A stretch of 64,000 nt of DNA, from assembly GCA_963693055.1 (NCBI GenBank), contig OY843751.1, positions 4,832,001-4,896,000 on the forward strand. The letters run 5' to 3'. The notes under the pieces are model-generated. The model saw only the letters and a list, made by a program, of their open reading frames with translations, was not told the DNA's origin and made no database searches. This document shows, piece by piece, positions 18,834-28,320 of the stretch. How positions within the stretch are numbered: position 1 is the first letter of the stretch; each line of letters starts with the position of its first letter. Source of the DNA: a bacterium (GTDB lineage Bacteria > Zhuqueibacterota > Zhuqueibacteria > Residuimicrobiales > Krinioviventaceae). The position numbers and the translations under genes are program-made.

Positions 18834-19421
18834 TTATAAAACGACAAATACGGAAAAGCCTACACCAATTTTAAAGATCGTCCGCGGTTCATCATATATA
18901 GGTCCATTTGGCATCAAATAAATCACATCTGCCTGAACGCGTAATACAGAAGACTTGCTCATAGCTGAACGCGTTCCTATACCCAAAGAGAAAGCAGGTC
19001 CCGAATATACATCGCCACTTTCTTCTTCATCATCGTTTGAGAATCCATCTATCCACAAACCGGCTTTAACGTTTCCATATACACCCGCAGCAGAACCAAG
19101 GTCTCGTTTACGATAACGCTGACGTGCATAATCATCCGGTACAATATCAAATATACGTTGCGATATACCAACCAGCAATATAGTAGAAACCTGAGACTGG
19201 CCATTCTGAAAATTCATATTAATTACAGGCTCAAATTCTGTAGCTGTACTGCGGCCCCAGTGATAACCAATAACCCAGCGGACATCAAAATTACTATAAC
19301 TTGAATCCCCTGAATTGGATTGAAAAGAAAATAAACCACCGGTATCAACAGAACCTTTACGCTGCGCAAAACCAGCAGTAGCCATAATCAAAACAAGAAT
19401 GAAAAGTAATTTTTTAGACAT
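18834..19421 (-). CDS. Small outer-membrane beta-barrel protein
   Basis: Signal peptide from ATG 19421 (GGAG upstream); C-terminal IGVGFSVF strand. Confidence 0.65.
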   Translation of the reverse strand: MSKKLLFILVLIMATAGFAQRKGSVDTGGLFSFQSNSGDSSYSNFDVRWVIGYHWGRSTATEFEPVINMNFQNGQSQVSTILLVGISQRIFDIVPDDYARQRYRKRDLGSAAGVYGNVKAGLWIDGFSNDDEEESGDVYSGPAFSLGIGTRSAMSKSSVLRVQADVIYLMPNGPIYDEPRTIFKIGVGFSVFVVL

Positions 19422-19546
19422 AGTTTCTCCAAATTTCGGAACCGCATAAAGCAATTCCCGGTTTACCAGTTTCTTAAATGTATAAAAAATTACTGAATAA
19501 AACAAGACATGCAGAAAACGAACATTGCTTATCGATTAAAATTTTT

Positions 19547-20326
19547 CTATGTAGGCGGTAATTGATCTTTTTCCAATAGCTCTTTTAAACGGTTGTCCAG
19601 TTGATCAAGCATAATCAATGCCTTGGGCATAAACCGTGATGAATTCTGCGCTTTTTCACGAATCAGAAATTTAGCCGCTACAATTTGTTGAATCAGGGTT
19701 TCTTTAACTTGTGCCCGAAACTCACACTCGGGATAAATCTCATAAAATTCGTCAAACAATGTAAATGAAGCTACAATCTCAGCAAGAACATCCTGCCATT
19801 CGCTCCGCGCTTCTTTATCAAGAGCCATACGGATAATATATTTTTTGTCATGCCTGCGTGATGGATTGTCCCACTGAGCAAGGGCAATATATTTCATAAA
19901 CAAGCGCTGTAAATATATATTATTTTGATACTGACTGTCTTCTTGAGCAATTTTGCTTTTCAGATCTTCTACATCATGCAGCCATACACGATGTTCAAAT
20001 TCAACTTTGTGCAGTTTGTATCTCAATTCAAGATGTGTCCAAGAGCTGACCGGTTTTCCTTTTAAAGAGGCTGGTGTATATTTGACAGATTTGGCATACT
20101 CGATAGCCGCGCTGTCGAGCATGGCATTTCCCGATGAACGTACAATACGAGTTTCCTGAGCAAAACCCAAATCACTCACAAAAACACCCACCAGCGCACT
20201 GCCTTCTATTTTTTCAATTTGTGCATCAAGGGGATAATTAAGATCTCGATCAATAATAACTTTGGGAGCTTTATAGTCCAATAAAGACGCATTACCCCCG
20301 CAAGAAATGAAACCCACCATAATCAA
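19547..20326 (-). CDS. TonB C-terminal domain protein with a helical C-terminal extension (probable lipoprotein; start uncertain)
   Basis: YPLDAQIEKIEG, RSSGNAMLDSAA, YTPASLKGKPV. Confidence 0.75.
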   Translation of the reverse strand: MIMVGFISCGGNASLLDYKAPKVIIDRDLNYPLDAQIEKIEGSALVGVFVSDLGFAQETRIVRSSGNAMLDSAAIEYAKSVKYTPASLKGKPVSSWTHLELRYKLHKVEFEHRVWLHDVEDLKSKIAQEDSQYQNNIYLQRLFMKYIALAQWDNPSRRHDKKYIIRMALDKEARSEWQDVLAEIVASFTLFDEFYEIYPECEFRAQVKETLIQQIVAAKFLIREKAQNSSRFMPKALIMLDQLDNRLKELLEKDQLPPT

Positions 20327-20345
20327 AACACAAAAAACACACCAA

Positions 20346-20374
20346 TACAGCCCCCTCTTAAAAGGGATGCTGTA
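20346..20374 (-). terminator. Probable terminator hairpin after the FadL-like gene
   Basis: TACAGC..CCCT/AG.GGG..GCTGTA imperfect stem followed by T-rich sequence. Confidence 0.5.
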
Positions 20375-20391
20375 GGTGTGAGATACATGTT

Positions 20392-21813
20392 TTAAAATCT
20401 TATCGATAATGTCCCTACTACTTTGGTAAACGATTTATCTTCAACCGTTGTCGTATTGGTTAAACCATCATAAACGGATTGTTCCCAACTTCCCTTCATG
20501 GTGGCAATATCAACCATTACCTGTTTATCCAGCATTAAACTTAAACCTGCTGTAAGATATTCCTTGTCTGGTTTTTCATCAGCATATTTATATGGCGACG
20601 GACTGGTAGAGTAACCTCCCCGTAACCTTATATTGATTACAGGTACAAAAACTTCAGCACCCAAATGGACTTTGGTTACTGCTTGCAGGTTTTGTTTTAT
20701 ATTAACATTAGCTTCACTCATAGTAATTCCCGAAACCGGGGGTTCTGATTTAAATTTTGCCTGTGACCAATCCTGAAATTCCAAGCCACCCGACAAGAGA
20801 AGGTTCAATAGTTTAAAAGATGCACCCGCTGCAATAGAATAGGGTTCCTGAATTTTATATTCAAATTCACCATTAAAGCCCAATTGTTCAAGCGGAGGGG
20901 TGTCGTCGTATGTTTCATCAAAAGTTTCTGACCAATTCTCGGTTATTGTATAAGTGGTTGGGAACAGTATTGTTGCACCCAAACGCAATGCATCGTTATA
21001 GCGATACAAAGCACCAACTTTGAGGTTTGTTGCACTGAAATCAGAAACAATGCCCTGACCATATGACCAGGTATCCAGATCATTCATAATTACGTTGGTA
21101 ATACCATCTTCATCTTCATATTCCAGATATGAATTATAGATATTCATCAAATCTTTTTCAGTAAAGACCAGATTATAATCATCTTTACCACTGATAAAAT
21201 TAAGCGAAGCACCCAGGAAAAAATTCTTTTGTACTTCAACCGCACCTGATACAACAAAATGGTTCATGGTGCCTTCTTCAATCAAAGACTCGTATTGATT
21301 TAAAGAATCATCAATATCGGTAAAGTATTCAAAATCATCATCCGCACCCCAGTTGGGCAATACATAATCTGCATATGAGGAATAATCTGTATTAAACCCA
21401 TCCAACTCTAGCACATTATCAAAATCATGAACCCGGTTATACCCGGCAGCAAAGACCATACTGCCCTGATAGGTTGGTACAGGAAATACAAAACCAAATG
21501 AATTTAAACGTGTAGCACTATTGGTACTGTTAAATGTTGATCCTAAAAAATTGAGATCATTTTCAGCTATATTGTGTGAAAAACCGATATTCATTTCCAT
21601 TCTACGGATCTGGCCCAAACCTGCAGGGTTCCAGTATACTGCAGAATAATCATCTGCAATTCCCGAGAACGCACCGCCCATACCAATGGCCCGAGCACCA
21701 ACACCGGTTTCGTGTCCTAAAAAGAAAACTTCTTCCTGGGCTGTTGCCGCTCCCGGCAACAGAATACCAGCCAGCACACAAACAGCAATACTCATCATGA
21801 TTAATTTACGCAT
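20392..21813 (-). CDS. FadL/OmpP1-family outer-membrane transporter
   Basis: GARAIGMGGAF..ADDYSAVYWNPAGL hatch motif; C-terminal SIRF. Confidence 0.85.
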   Translation of the reverse strand: MRKLIMMSIAVCVLAGILLPGAATAQEEVFFLGHETGVGARAIGMGGAFSGIADDYSAVYWNPAGLGQIRRMEMNIGFSHNIAENDLNFLGSTFNSTNSATRLNSFGFVFPVPTYQGSMVFAAGYNRVHDFDNVLELDGFNTDYSSYADYVLPNWGADDDFEYFTDIDDSLNQYESLIEEGTMNHFVVSGAVEVQKNFFLGASLNFISGKDDYNLVFTEKDLMNIYNSYLEYEDEDGITNVIMNDLDTWSYGQGIVSDFSATNLKVGALYRYNDALRLGATILFPTTYTITENWSETFDETYDDTPPLEQLGFNGEFEYKIQEPYSIAAGASFKLLNLLLSGGLEFQDWSQAKFKSEPPVSGITMSEANVNIKQNLQAVTKVHLGAEVFVPVINIRLRGGYSTSPSPYKYADEKPDKEYLTAGLSLMLDKQVMVDIATMKGSWEQSVYDGLTNTTTVEDKSFTKVVGTLSIRF

Positions 21814-21855
21814 AATATATTCTCCTATCTCACGTTGCCGTTAGTTTGTTTACTG

Positions 21856-23061
21856 TTAACGTCTGCCGCCTGACCTGCTGCTACTCCCTGAGGAGCTAGA
21901 GGATCTTCCACTGGAACTTGAAGAGCTACTGCTGGAGCTTCCAGAACTGCTGGAGCTGCCTGAAGATCGGGATACACTTGAAGATCTTGATCTTCCAGAG
22001 CTGCTACTGCTGCTTCTACCGGATGATGAAGGTTTGCTATAAGATCCACTACTGCTGCCGCTACTTTTGGTTTTGCGCGTAACTGAACGTGATCTGCTAT
22101 CAGAACTGCTGCTTTTACTGGATGAAGATGGCCTGCTATAAGACCCACTACTGCTACTGCTGCTTCTACTTTTACGTGTAACCGAACTTGATCTGCTGTC
22201 AGAACTGCTGCTTGATCTTGAACGCGTAGAGCTAACGGTTCCTGACGAGTTTGAAGAAGAGCGTGTACTGTTTCTTGTCACTCCACGTGTTGATGAAGAA
22301 TTGCTGTTAGAACGACGACTTGCACTTGAAACAGCAGACGGAATTTTGACGCGTCTGGTTCGTGTAGTGCTTCTGCGAATTTCGCTGCTGTTCGTACTGG
22401 TTGTCGGCTTGCGTGAAACTGTACTCGTTCTGCCATCAGTAGTTGAACCGCGCCTTGCTGTACGTGTTGTACTGTTTGCAATGGACTCACTACCACTGCG
22501 TCCGGTATTGGGTGCAATATTACCGGCAACTGAACGGCTGGCAGATCGTATGGGATTATATGATCTTCGATCAAAATCACGTTGCTTTTGAATATGGCCA
22601 GCGTAACCTACACCACCATAATAGTTTCGGGGGTAATAGCCATTATGGTAATGATGATGTCCATACCAGGCCCATCCACCATAATACGATACAGGTGCCC
22701 AGTAATAGGGATCATAATGCCAGCGATAGTAATCATATCCCCACCAGGGAGACCAATAGTTATGATGTCTCCACCAATACGAACTGGTTGGATAATAAGA
22801 CCAACTGTCATAATACCAGGGATCATAAACATCATGATAAACATAAACATCATGATCGTACTGGTAATATTCAACCTCAGATTCATCCTGAACTTGTTCT
22901 TCAGGGACGTAATCATTTTCAACTACGTCATATTCTGCATAATAATCATCTGCGGCTGTAGTTCTGATGGTTTCCGCACCAAAACGGGTATAACAGCCTG
23001 TCATACTCGTGGCGATAAATATAATGAACAACAAAGCCGGAATATTTTTAATTTTCTTCAT
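21856..23061 (-). CDS. Lipoprotein with a Tyr/Trp/His-rich block and a long Ser/Arg low-complexity tail
   Basis: Lipobox MTGC; AGGAGG RBS; tail ends SGGRR. Confidence 0.8.
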   Translation of the reverse strand: MKKIKNIPALLFIIFIATSMTGCYTRFGAETIRTTAADDYYAEYDVVENDYVPEEQVQDESEVEYYQYDHDVYVYHDVYDPWYYDSWSYYPTSSYWWRHHNYWSPWWGYDYYRWHYDPYYWAPVSYYGGWAWYGHHHYHNGYYPRNYYGGVGYAGHIQKQRDFDRRSYNPIRSASRSVAGNIAPNTGRSGSESIANSTTRTARRGSTTDGRTSTVSRKPTTSTNSSEIRRSTTRTRRVKIPSAVSSASRRSNSNSSSTRGVTRNSTRSSSNSSGTVSSTRSRSSSSSDSRSSSVTRKSRSSSSSSGSYSRPSSSSKSSSSDSRSRSVTRKTKSSGSSSGSYSKPSSSGRSSSSSSGRSRSSSVSRSSGSSSSSGSSSSSSSSSSGRSSSSSGSSSRSGGRR

Positions 23062-23143
23062 AGGATTTGCCTCCTTTCAGGCGCACCAAAAACACATAAT
23101 TCTCAATCAGCAAGTAATATAACACGTTTCAGTTCTCATTTAT

Positions 23144-23173
23144 TTGACGTATCTGGCAAAAAAAACGTTTACA
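23144..23173 (-). promoter_or_regulatory. Putative ECF-type promoter of the lipoprotein-fadL pair
   Basis: Minus strand TGTAAAC-N17-CGTCAA. Confidence 0.45.
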
Positions 23174-23177
23174 TGGT

Positions 23178-23798
23178 TTATCGATTTTCAAAACTATACT
23201 CGCATGTGGTCCACATCTCTATTGATTTCGCGTTTGCTTTTGCAGGTAAATACTTGCTCTTGTATGCGGCAGAAACCGCTGCTAATTGACAATCTTGATT
23301 ACCTGTCGTATTTTTTGAGACCACAACATCGATCACTTTGCCAGTATGATCAATCTTTATAAGTAATTTTACGTTTCCACCGACTTTTTGTTTCTGCAAG
23401 TTTTTAGGATATTCCGGTAAAACCTGCACAAGCGGCCGTGGAGGAATTGTATCAGGAGCGCCTATGGTAAGCCCGGCATTCCCATCCGGAGAATCACCCA
23501 GGTCCCAGATTACATTGGTCTCATCAATCGTCTCGTCATCCGGAAATTGTGGATCTTCTGACGGCACCGGAATGACAGGGCGTTCGGGACGCGGTTTGCC
23601 TCGCCTAACGTGCTGTGTAGTAACCGGTATGTCTGCAAAAACGAAATCGAATTTTATAACTTGAGGTTTACGGGGAACATGTTTAAATTTTTTAGGCATG
23701 ATATGAAAAAAAATGATGAATATAAAAAGTATGAGAGCTATAGCCTGATTCAAGCGTAAATAATAAAAACGGTGCTCGATTTTATTCTTTTTATTCAT
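23178..23798 (-). CDS. tonB: Energy transducer TonB
   Basis: N-terminal TM, Pro-rich linker, PEYPK..GNVKLLIKID..G C-domain. Confidence 0.85.
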   Translation of the reverse strand: MNKKNKIEHRFYYLRLNQAIALILFIFIIFFHIMPKKFKHVPRKPQVIKFDFVFADIPVTTQHVRRGKPRPERPVIPVPSEDPQFPDDETIDETNVIWDLGDSPDGNAGLTIGAPDTIPPRPLVQVLPEYPKNLQKQKVGGNVKLLIKIDHTGKVIDVVVSKNTTGNQDCQLAAVSAAYKSKYLPAKANAKSIEMWTTCEYSFENR

Positions 23799-23834
23799 GT
23801 AAACCAAAAAGTTACAAAAGCTGCCATCATCTAT

Positions 23835-24590
23835 TTAAATTACTTCCAGTGCACTCTTTTTCATCCATCCAACTTTACCATCGGGCAGTTCAATTTTAAC
23901 AAAATCACCGGATTCATCCGTTATTCTAACTTTTAGACCTTCGTGAAGCGCAAATACTTCCGTTGCATCTCGCGCTGGTGAGCTCATAATGTCAATTTTC
24001 TCTACAAGAATCACACCATATTTATGATATATATCTTCCTGTACCCGCTGCACAAAAACAAAAGTACTGAAAATACATATAATTAAGACAGGGACAAATG
24101 CAATTTTAGCAATTTTTTTCACTTTTTCATTTCGTAAAACCAAACGTACCATTAACAATACCATCAACAATACATAAACAATCAATGTCATAGTGCCCAA
24201 TTGCGATATATTCATCGTATTTTTGGCACTGGTCCACAATTTGGTTGCAATAAATGGCGGCGGAACAGCCAGCTTGTCTACTACCTGTAGCTGTGCAATC
24301 TCTAAATTATATGCCACATCAGGATCATGCGGCTGCAATTTAAGGGCTTTTTCATAATACAATATACTATGACCAATATCACCTAGTTTGTAATATGAAT
24401 TACCCAGATTATAATACAATTCAGGACTAGTGTAACCGGTCTCTATAGCAGACTGATATTTTTCAACAGCTTCAATGTATTTACCCTGCTGGTACATTTC
24501 GTTTCCAGCTTGAAAATTGGCAAGCACCTGGCCCTCCTGGGCTCTTGGCGCCAACAATAACACAATGTATGCAATTATCCACATATTCAT
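23835..24590 (-). CDS. batE: BatE (TPR, TM, SH3-like)
   Basis: LYYNLGNSYYK TPR, two TM helices, LHEGLKV..LPDGKVGW. Confidence 0.88.
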   Translation of the reverse strand: MNMWIIAYIVLLLAPRAQEGQVLANFQAGNEMYQQGKYIEAVEKYQSAIETGYTSPELYYNLGNSYYKLGDIGHSILYYEKALKLQPHDPDVAYNLEIAQLQVVDKLAVPPPFIATKLWTSAKNTMNISQLGTMTLIVYVLLMVLLMVRLVLRNEKVKKIAKIAFVPVLIICIFSTFVFVQRVQEDIYHKYGVILVEKIDIMSSPARDATEVFALHEGLKVRITDESGDFVKIELPDGKVGWMKKSALEVI

Positions 24591-26438
24591 TTATAAAGTT
24601 TTTTCCAGACTGATTATTGCTTCTTTTGCCTTTCCTAAAAAGGCTTCCATTTCATAAAGTTTAACATTTGCAGGTGCAAATCTCTGGTAATCACAGTGCT
24701 GAACCAACTCTAAATACTGCTGAATCACCTGCGGTTCTACGTTCTTGTTTTTTAAATGCGATTCCAGCTCCGTTGAAATAATACCTGCTTCTGCCAGATT
24801 TAATTTGTCAGCCGCAAAACCCAGCAATGCTTTCGATACTGCCGCATAATACTCTTTTTGTGTATTTTCTGATAACAGTTTTTTGGCTTTTGACAAGTGT
24901 TTGAGAGCCATTGCATTGGCACGACGACTGCGTGCATAAGCAACATTGCCGCTCATTTTCTCCAGATGCTTATTATAAGCTATGGAACCCATTAATAAAA
25001 GTAAAGGAAAAATTATTACCGCATAAAAAGAAAAACTCTTGTAAATTCTATAGTCAAGCGGTAAAACGCGTACCTGGGCAAGCTTAATAAACCGGATATC
25101 CTGGCCTACCAACCGGACTTCTTCCTTACTTAGCCCAGAGCCATTAACCGCTACAAACTCGTCATTCCCCTTGTCAACCTGTATTACAAATTCCGGAGTA
25201 GTCAACGTTTTATACGTTTTATCTTTGAGATCAAAAAAGGTCAACACATAGGGTTTGATATGCTGTTCACCCGGGAATCTCGGTACCAGCACAAATTCAA
25301 AACTTTTGGTACCGGTAACACCTGTTTGCTGTCTAGAGATGCTTTCAGTTGATTTTGGTGCATACTGTTCAAAATCTCCGGGAAAGCTTAATTCCGGCTC
25401 GGGGATCATTTTAATATTACCGCTACCCGCAATATCAATTTTCAAGGTTATGGCTTCATTGGTAGTAACATGATTTTTATCCAGACTTGCTGACATTTTA
25501 AAATCACCAACAAGACCTGAGAAATTTGCAGGCTTGCCCGCCTGAGGCAAAGCCATTACCTCAATATCAAGAGGCTTTGAAAAGATGGTCTTTGTAACCG
25601 TGCGCGAGAAAAAAGAATTGTCAAAAAAATCATTGAATATATCTCTGTTGTTTCTGCGTTGAGGAACACGTATATTACAGTCAATTGCCAACTCACCAAT
25701 GGTCTTTTTTCCGGGAGATGTTGGGAACAATACCTGTTTTTTTATATCGGCAAGTACATATTTTTTGCCATTAATTACCTCTTCCCAAACTTTGGGACGG
25801 GTCCCCAAATCCACTTCTTCCGCCCAGAAACCGACATTTTCCGGTAATTTCGATGGCACATAATTCTCAAATCCCAGTCCGGCAGCAATAAATACCCGAT
25901 ATGTAACAATTACAGGTTCATTCTGATATACCTTTTTCTTGTTCACAATACCACGAATAAACAACTCATCAGAAGTTGCACCCGCCGCCTGTTGGGACTT
26001 ACCATCTACCCCCGGCTGAGCCTGGGCTTTTTCATCTGCTTTTAATATGGTTAGCTTGACGGGTTGTGAGCTTACCTGATCATTCTTCAAGCTTACTGTC
26101 ATTGCCGGGATGGTGTATGTCCCCTCTTTGACAGCCATATAATAATATTTTTGTGATTTGGTTACAGACATTTTGCCATTGATAAACTGGATATTCTGTG
26201 AAGTGCCGCCAGAGCCCATAAAACGAAAGAAACCACCCATATCCGGGGGATCAGGCAGTTCTACTTTATTCGCATCTTTGCCAGACAATTCAATTGTCAG
26301 CAATAATTGTTGATTAACAGCAAGTGCTGTTTTATCTACAATAGCACGTAATGCCAGAGGATCCTGGGCGAACAGCGTTCCTGTTAAAACCCAGCCCCAT
26401 AACACAATAAAAAATAATTTTGTAAATTTGTTATTCAT
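24591..26438 (-). CDS. batD: BatD
   Basis: SQNIQFING, LPQAGKPANFSGLVGDF, DIRFIK then TM, CDYQRFAP. Confidence 0.9.
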   Translation of the reverse strand: MNNKFTKLFFIVLWGWVLTGTLFAQDPLALRAIVDKTALAVNQQLLLTIELSGKDANKVELPDPPDMGGFFRFMGSGGTSQNIQFINGKMSVTKSQKYYYMAVKEGTYTIPAMTVSLKNDQVSSQPVKLTILKADEKAQAQPGVDGKSQQAAGATSDELFIRGIVNKKKVYQNEPVIVTYRVFIAAGLGFENYVPSKLPENVGFWAEEVDLGTRPKVWEEVINGKKYVLADIKKQVLFPTSPGKKTIGELAIDCNIRVPQRRNNRDIFNDFFDNSFFSRTVTKTIFSKPLDIEVMALPQAGKPANFSGLVGDFKMSASLDKNHVTTNEAITLKIDIAGSGNIKMIPEPELSFPGDFEQYAPKSTESISRQQTGVTGTKSFEFVLVPRFPGEQHIKPYVLTFFDLKDKTYKTLTTPEFVIQVDKGNDEFVAVNGSGLSKEEVRLVGQDIRFIKLAQVRVLPLDYRIYKSFSFYAVIIFPLLLLMGSIAYNKHLEKMSGNVAYARSRRANAMALKHLSKAKKLLSENTQKEYYAAVSKALLGFAADKLNLAEAGIISTELESHLKNKNVEPQVIQQYLELVQHCDYQRFAPANVKLYEMEAFLGKAKEAIISLEKTL

Positions 26439-26452
26439 CAACACCAATCCTG

Positions 26453-27262
26453 TTACCAATCATGTGTTACAGAATGACGCCCCTGCACTTTTTGTTTGCG
26501 GGCATCTTTTAATTTATCCTGATCTTCCTGCATCGCTTTCAGGATGCGCTCAGCATCTTCTTTGGACATTTCCTGTTCCTGTCCTTGTTGTTGTTGTTGC
26601 TGCTGTTCTTGTTCCTGCTCTTGCTCATCCTGCTGCTGATCTTTTTGATCTTGCTCTTGCTGGTCCTGTTCTTGTTCCTGTTGGTCCTGCTGTTGTTGCT
26701 GCTGCTGATCTTGCTGTTGTTCCTGCTCCTGCTGATCTTGTTCGCCTTGCTGGTTCTGCTGCTGCTGTTGTTGCTGCTGCTGTTGTTGCTGCTCTTGATT
26801 CTGCTGTTGCTTTTCAGACTGGTCTTTAAGTTTTTTACGTACAAACTCTAAATTGTACTTGGCGTCCTGGTCATCAGGATTCAGTTCCAGCGATTTTTGA
26901 TATGCCTGTATAGCATCCGGAAGTTTATTTAAACGATACAGGGTATTACCCATATTATAATATGCTTCAGCCTGTTCAAGGGCTTCATCTGTATTCAGAG
27001 ATGATTCAAATTCCTTGAGAGCTTCTTCATACTTGTTCATTTTATATTGAGAATTGCCAATATTATATTGAAGCAATGACGATTCAGGATCATTAACCTG
27101 AGCATCACGATATTTATTCAGCGCTTCATCATATTTTTCTTCTTCATACAACTTGTTACCTTCAATTACCTTTTTGCGGACTGCCTGTGCAAAAAGCCCT
27201 TGACCGGTAATCAATATAATCAGAAAAAGAATTGTTATTTTTGTTCTTGTAATCATAACCAT
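26453..27262 (-). CDS. batC: BatC (TPR + Gln-rich linker)
   Basis: YYNMGN TPRs, DAKYNLE, poly-Q, MSKEDAERIL..DW end. Confidence 0.9.
   Translation of the reverse strand: MVMITRTKITILFLIILITGQGLFAQAVRKKVIEGNKLYEEEKYDEALNKYRDAQVNDPESSLLQYNIGNSQYKMNKYEEALKEFESSLNTDEALEQAEAYYNMGNTLYRLNKLPDAIQAYQKSLELNPDDQDAKYNLEFVRKKLKDQSEKQQQNQEQQQQQQQQQQQQNQQGEQDQQEQEQQQDQQQQQQQDQQEQEQDQQEQDQKDQQQDEQEQEQEQQQQQQQGQEQEMSKEDAERILKAMQEDQDKLKDARKQKVQGRHSVTHDW
26575..26815. repeat. CAG/CAA-rich low-complexity repeat coding poly-Q/E in batC
   Basis: Runs of TGC/TGT triplets on the plus strand. Confidence 0.9.
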
Positions 27263-27267
27263 AAAAC

Positions 27268-28299
27268 CTACATAAAACGTCCACGCCATTCCTGTTTTAT
27301 TCTTTTACGCTCTGGTAAGATAAACTCTATTACCAGTAACAACAATCCAATAACAACAAAATACTGGTAACGATCTTCAAACTGAGAAAACTTTAAAGAG
27401 CCCAGTTCTTTTTTATCCATAGAATCAATATCTTTATAAATCTTGTCAAGCTCATCTTCACCACTCGATGCTCTAAAATATTTACCACCAGTTTGCAGAG
27501 CAATTTTTTCCAGGGTAATTTCATCCAGCTTGGTGATTACCACCTGACCCGAACGGTCTTTTTTAAAACCCATTTCACCATTACCATCCTGAGCTATGGG
27601 AATAGGCTCGCCTTTAGGAGATCCAATACCCACACAGTAAATGATAATGCCTTCTTTTTCAGCGGCTTCGGCAAATTTCATCACTTCGCCCTGATGATCT
27701 TCACCATCAGTGATCAACACCATCACTTTGTGTTTGCGCTCTTTTTGATCAAAAGTCTCAATTGCCTTTTCAATCACTTTACCCAAATTGGTACCGGGCG
27801 TGGGAATCAAATCCGGATCCATAATATCCAGAAATATTTTAGCCGCCCCATAATCAAGAGTTAACGGACATTGCACAAACGGCACTCCGGAAAATGCAAT
27901 TAAACCAATACGGTCTCCGCGCAGTCGGTCAATAAATCCACCTACTTCATGTTTGGCTTTTTCCAGACGACTGGGTTGTATATCCCTGGCCATCATGGAG
28001 CGAGAAACGTCAAGCGCTACAACAATATCAATACCTTCTCGCTTAACCTCTTCAAGCTTTGTGCCAATCTGAGGTCGGGCAAGAGCAATTACCAAAAACA
28101 TGATTGCAAACAGAATTAAACTGATCTTGCCAAACTGACGAGCCCGGCTGGTATTGCGGGAAAGTTTTTTTAATAATTCCAGATTTCCAAATTTCTGCAT
28201 TGCACGTTTTTTTGCACGAAACGCAAAAAAGTAAAAAACAATTAACAGCGGTATTAACCACATCAAGTGTAAAGCATAAATTTGAGCAAAACGTATCAT
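27268..28299 (-). CDS. batB: BatB (vWA domain)
   Basis: ALARPQ, DVSRSM MIDAS, PLTLDY, ITDGEDH. Confidence 0.92.
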   Translation of the reverse strand: MIRFAQIYALHLMWLIPLLIVFYFFAFRAKKRAMQKFGNLELLKKLSRNTSRARQFGKISLILFAIMFLVIALARPQIGTKLEEVKREGIDIVVALDVSRSMMARDIQPSRLEKAKHEVGGFIDRLRGDRIGLIAFSGVPFVQCPLTLDYGAAKIFLDIMDPDLIPTPGTNLGKVIEKAIETFDQKERKHKVMVLITDGEDHQGEVMKFAEAAEKEGIIIYCVGIGSPKGEPIPIAQDGNGEMGFKKDRSGQVVITKLDEITLEKIALQTGGKYFRASSGEDELDKIYKDIDSMDKKELGSLKFSQFEDRYQYFVVIGLLLLVIEFILPERKRIKQEWRGRFM

Positions 28300-28320
28300 A
28301 TACTTTTCACACCTCTATCC

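Noticed and set aside
21856-22300. Repetitive DNA as a possible CRISPR array
   Set aside because: Degenerate in-frame Ser codon repeats with no constant repeat-spacer period and no cas genes.
22443-23289. 172-aa and 235-aa plus-strand ORFs rich in His/Asn or Ile/Met
   Set aside because: Mirror frames of the Tyr-rich lipoprotein; the minus frame has the RBS and lipobox.
26585-26851. Poly-Leu ORF resembling a membrane protein
   Set aside because: Reverse complement of the batC poly-Gln tract.
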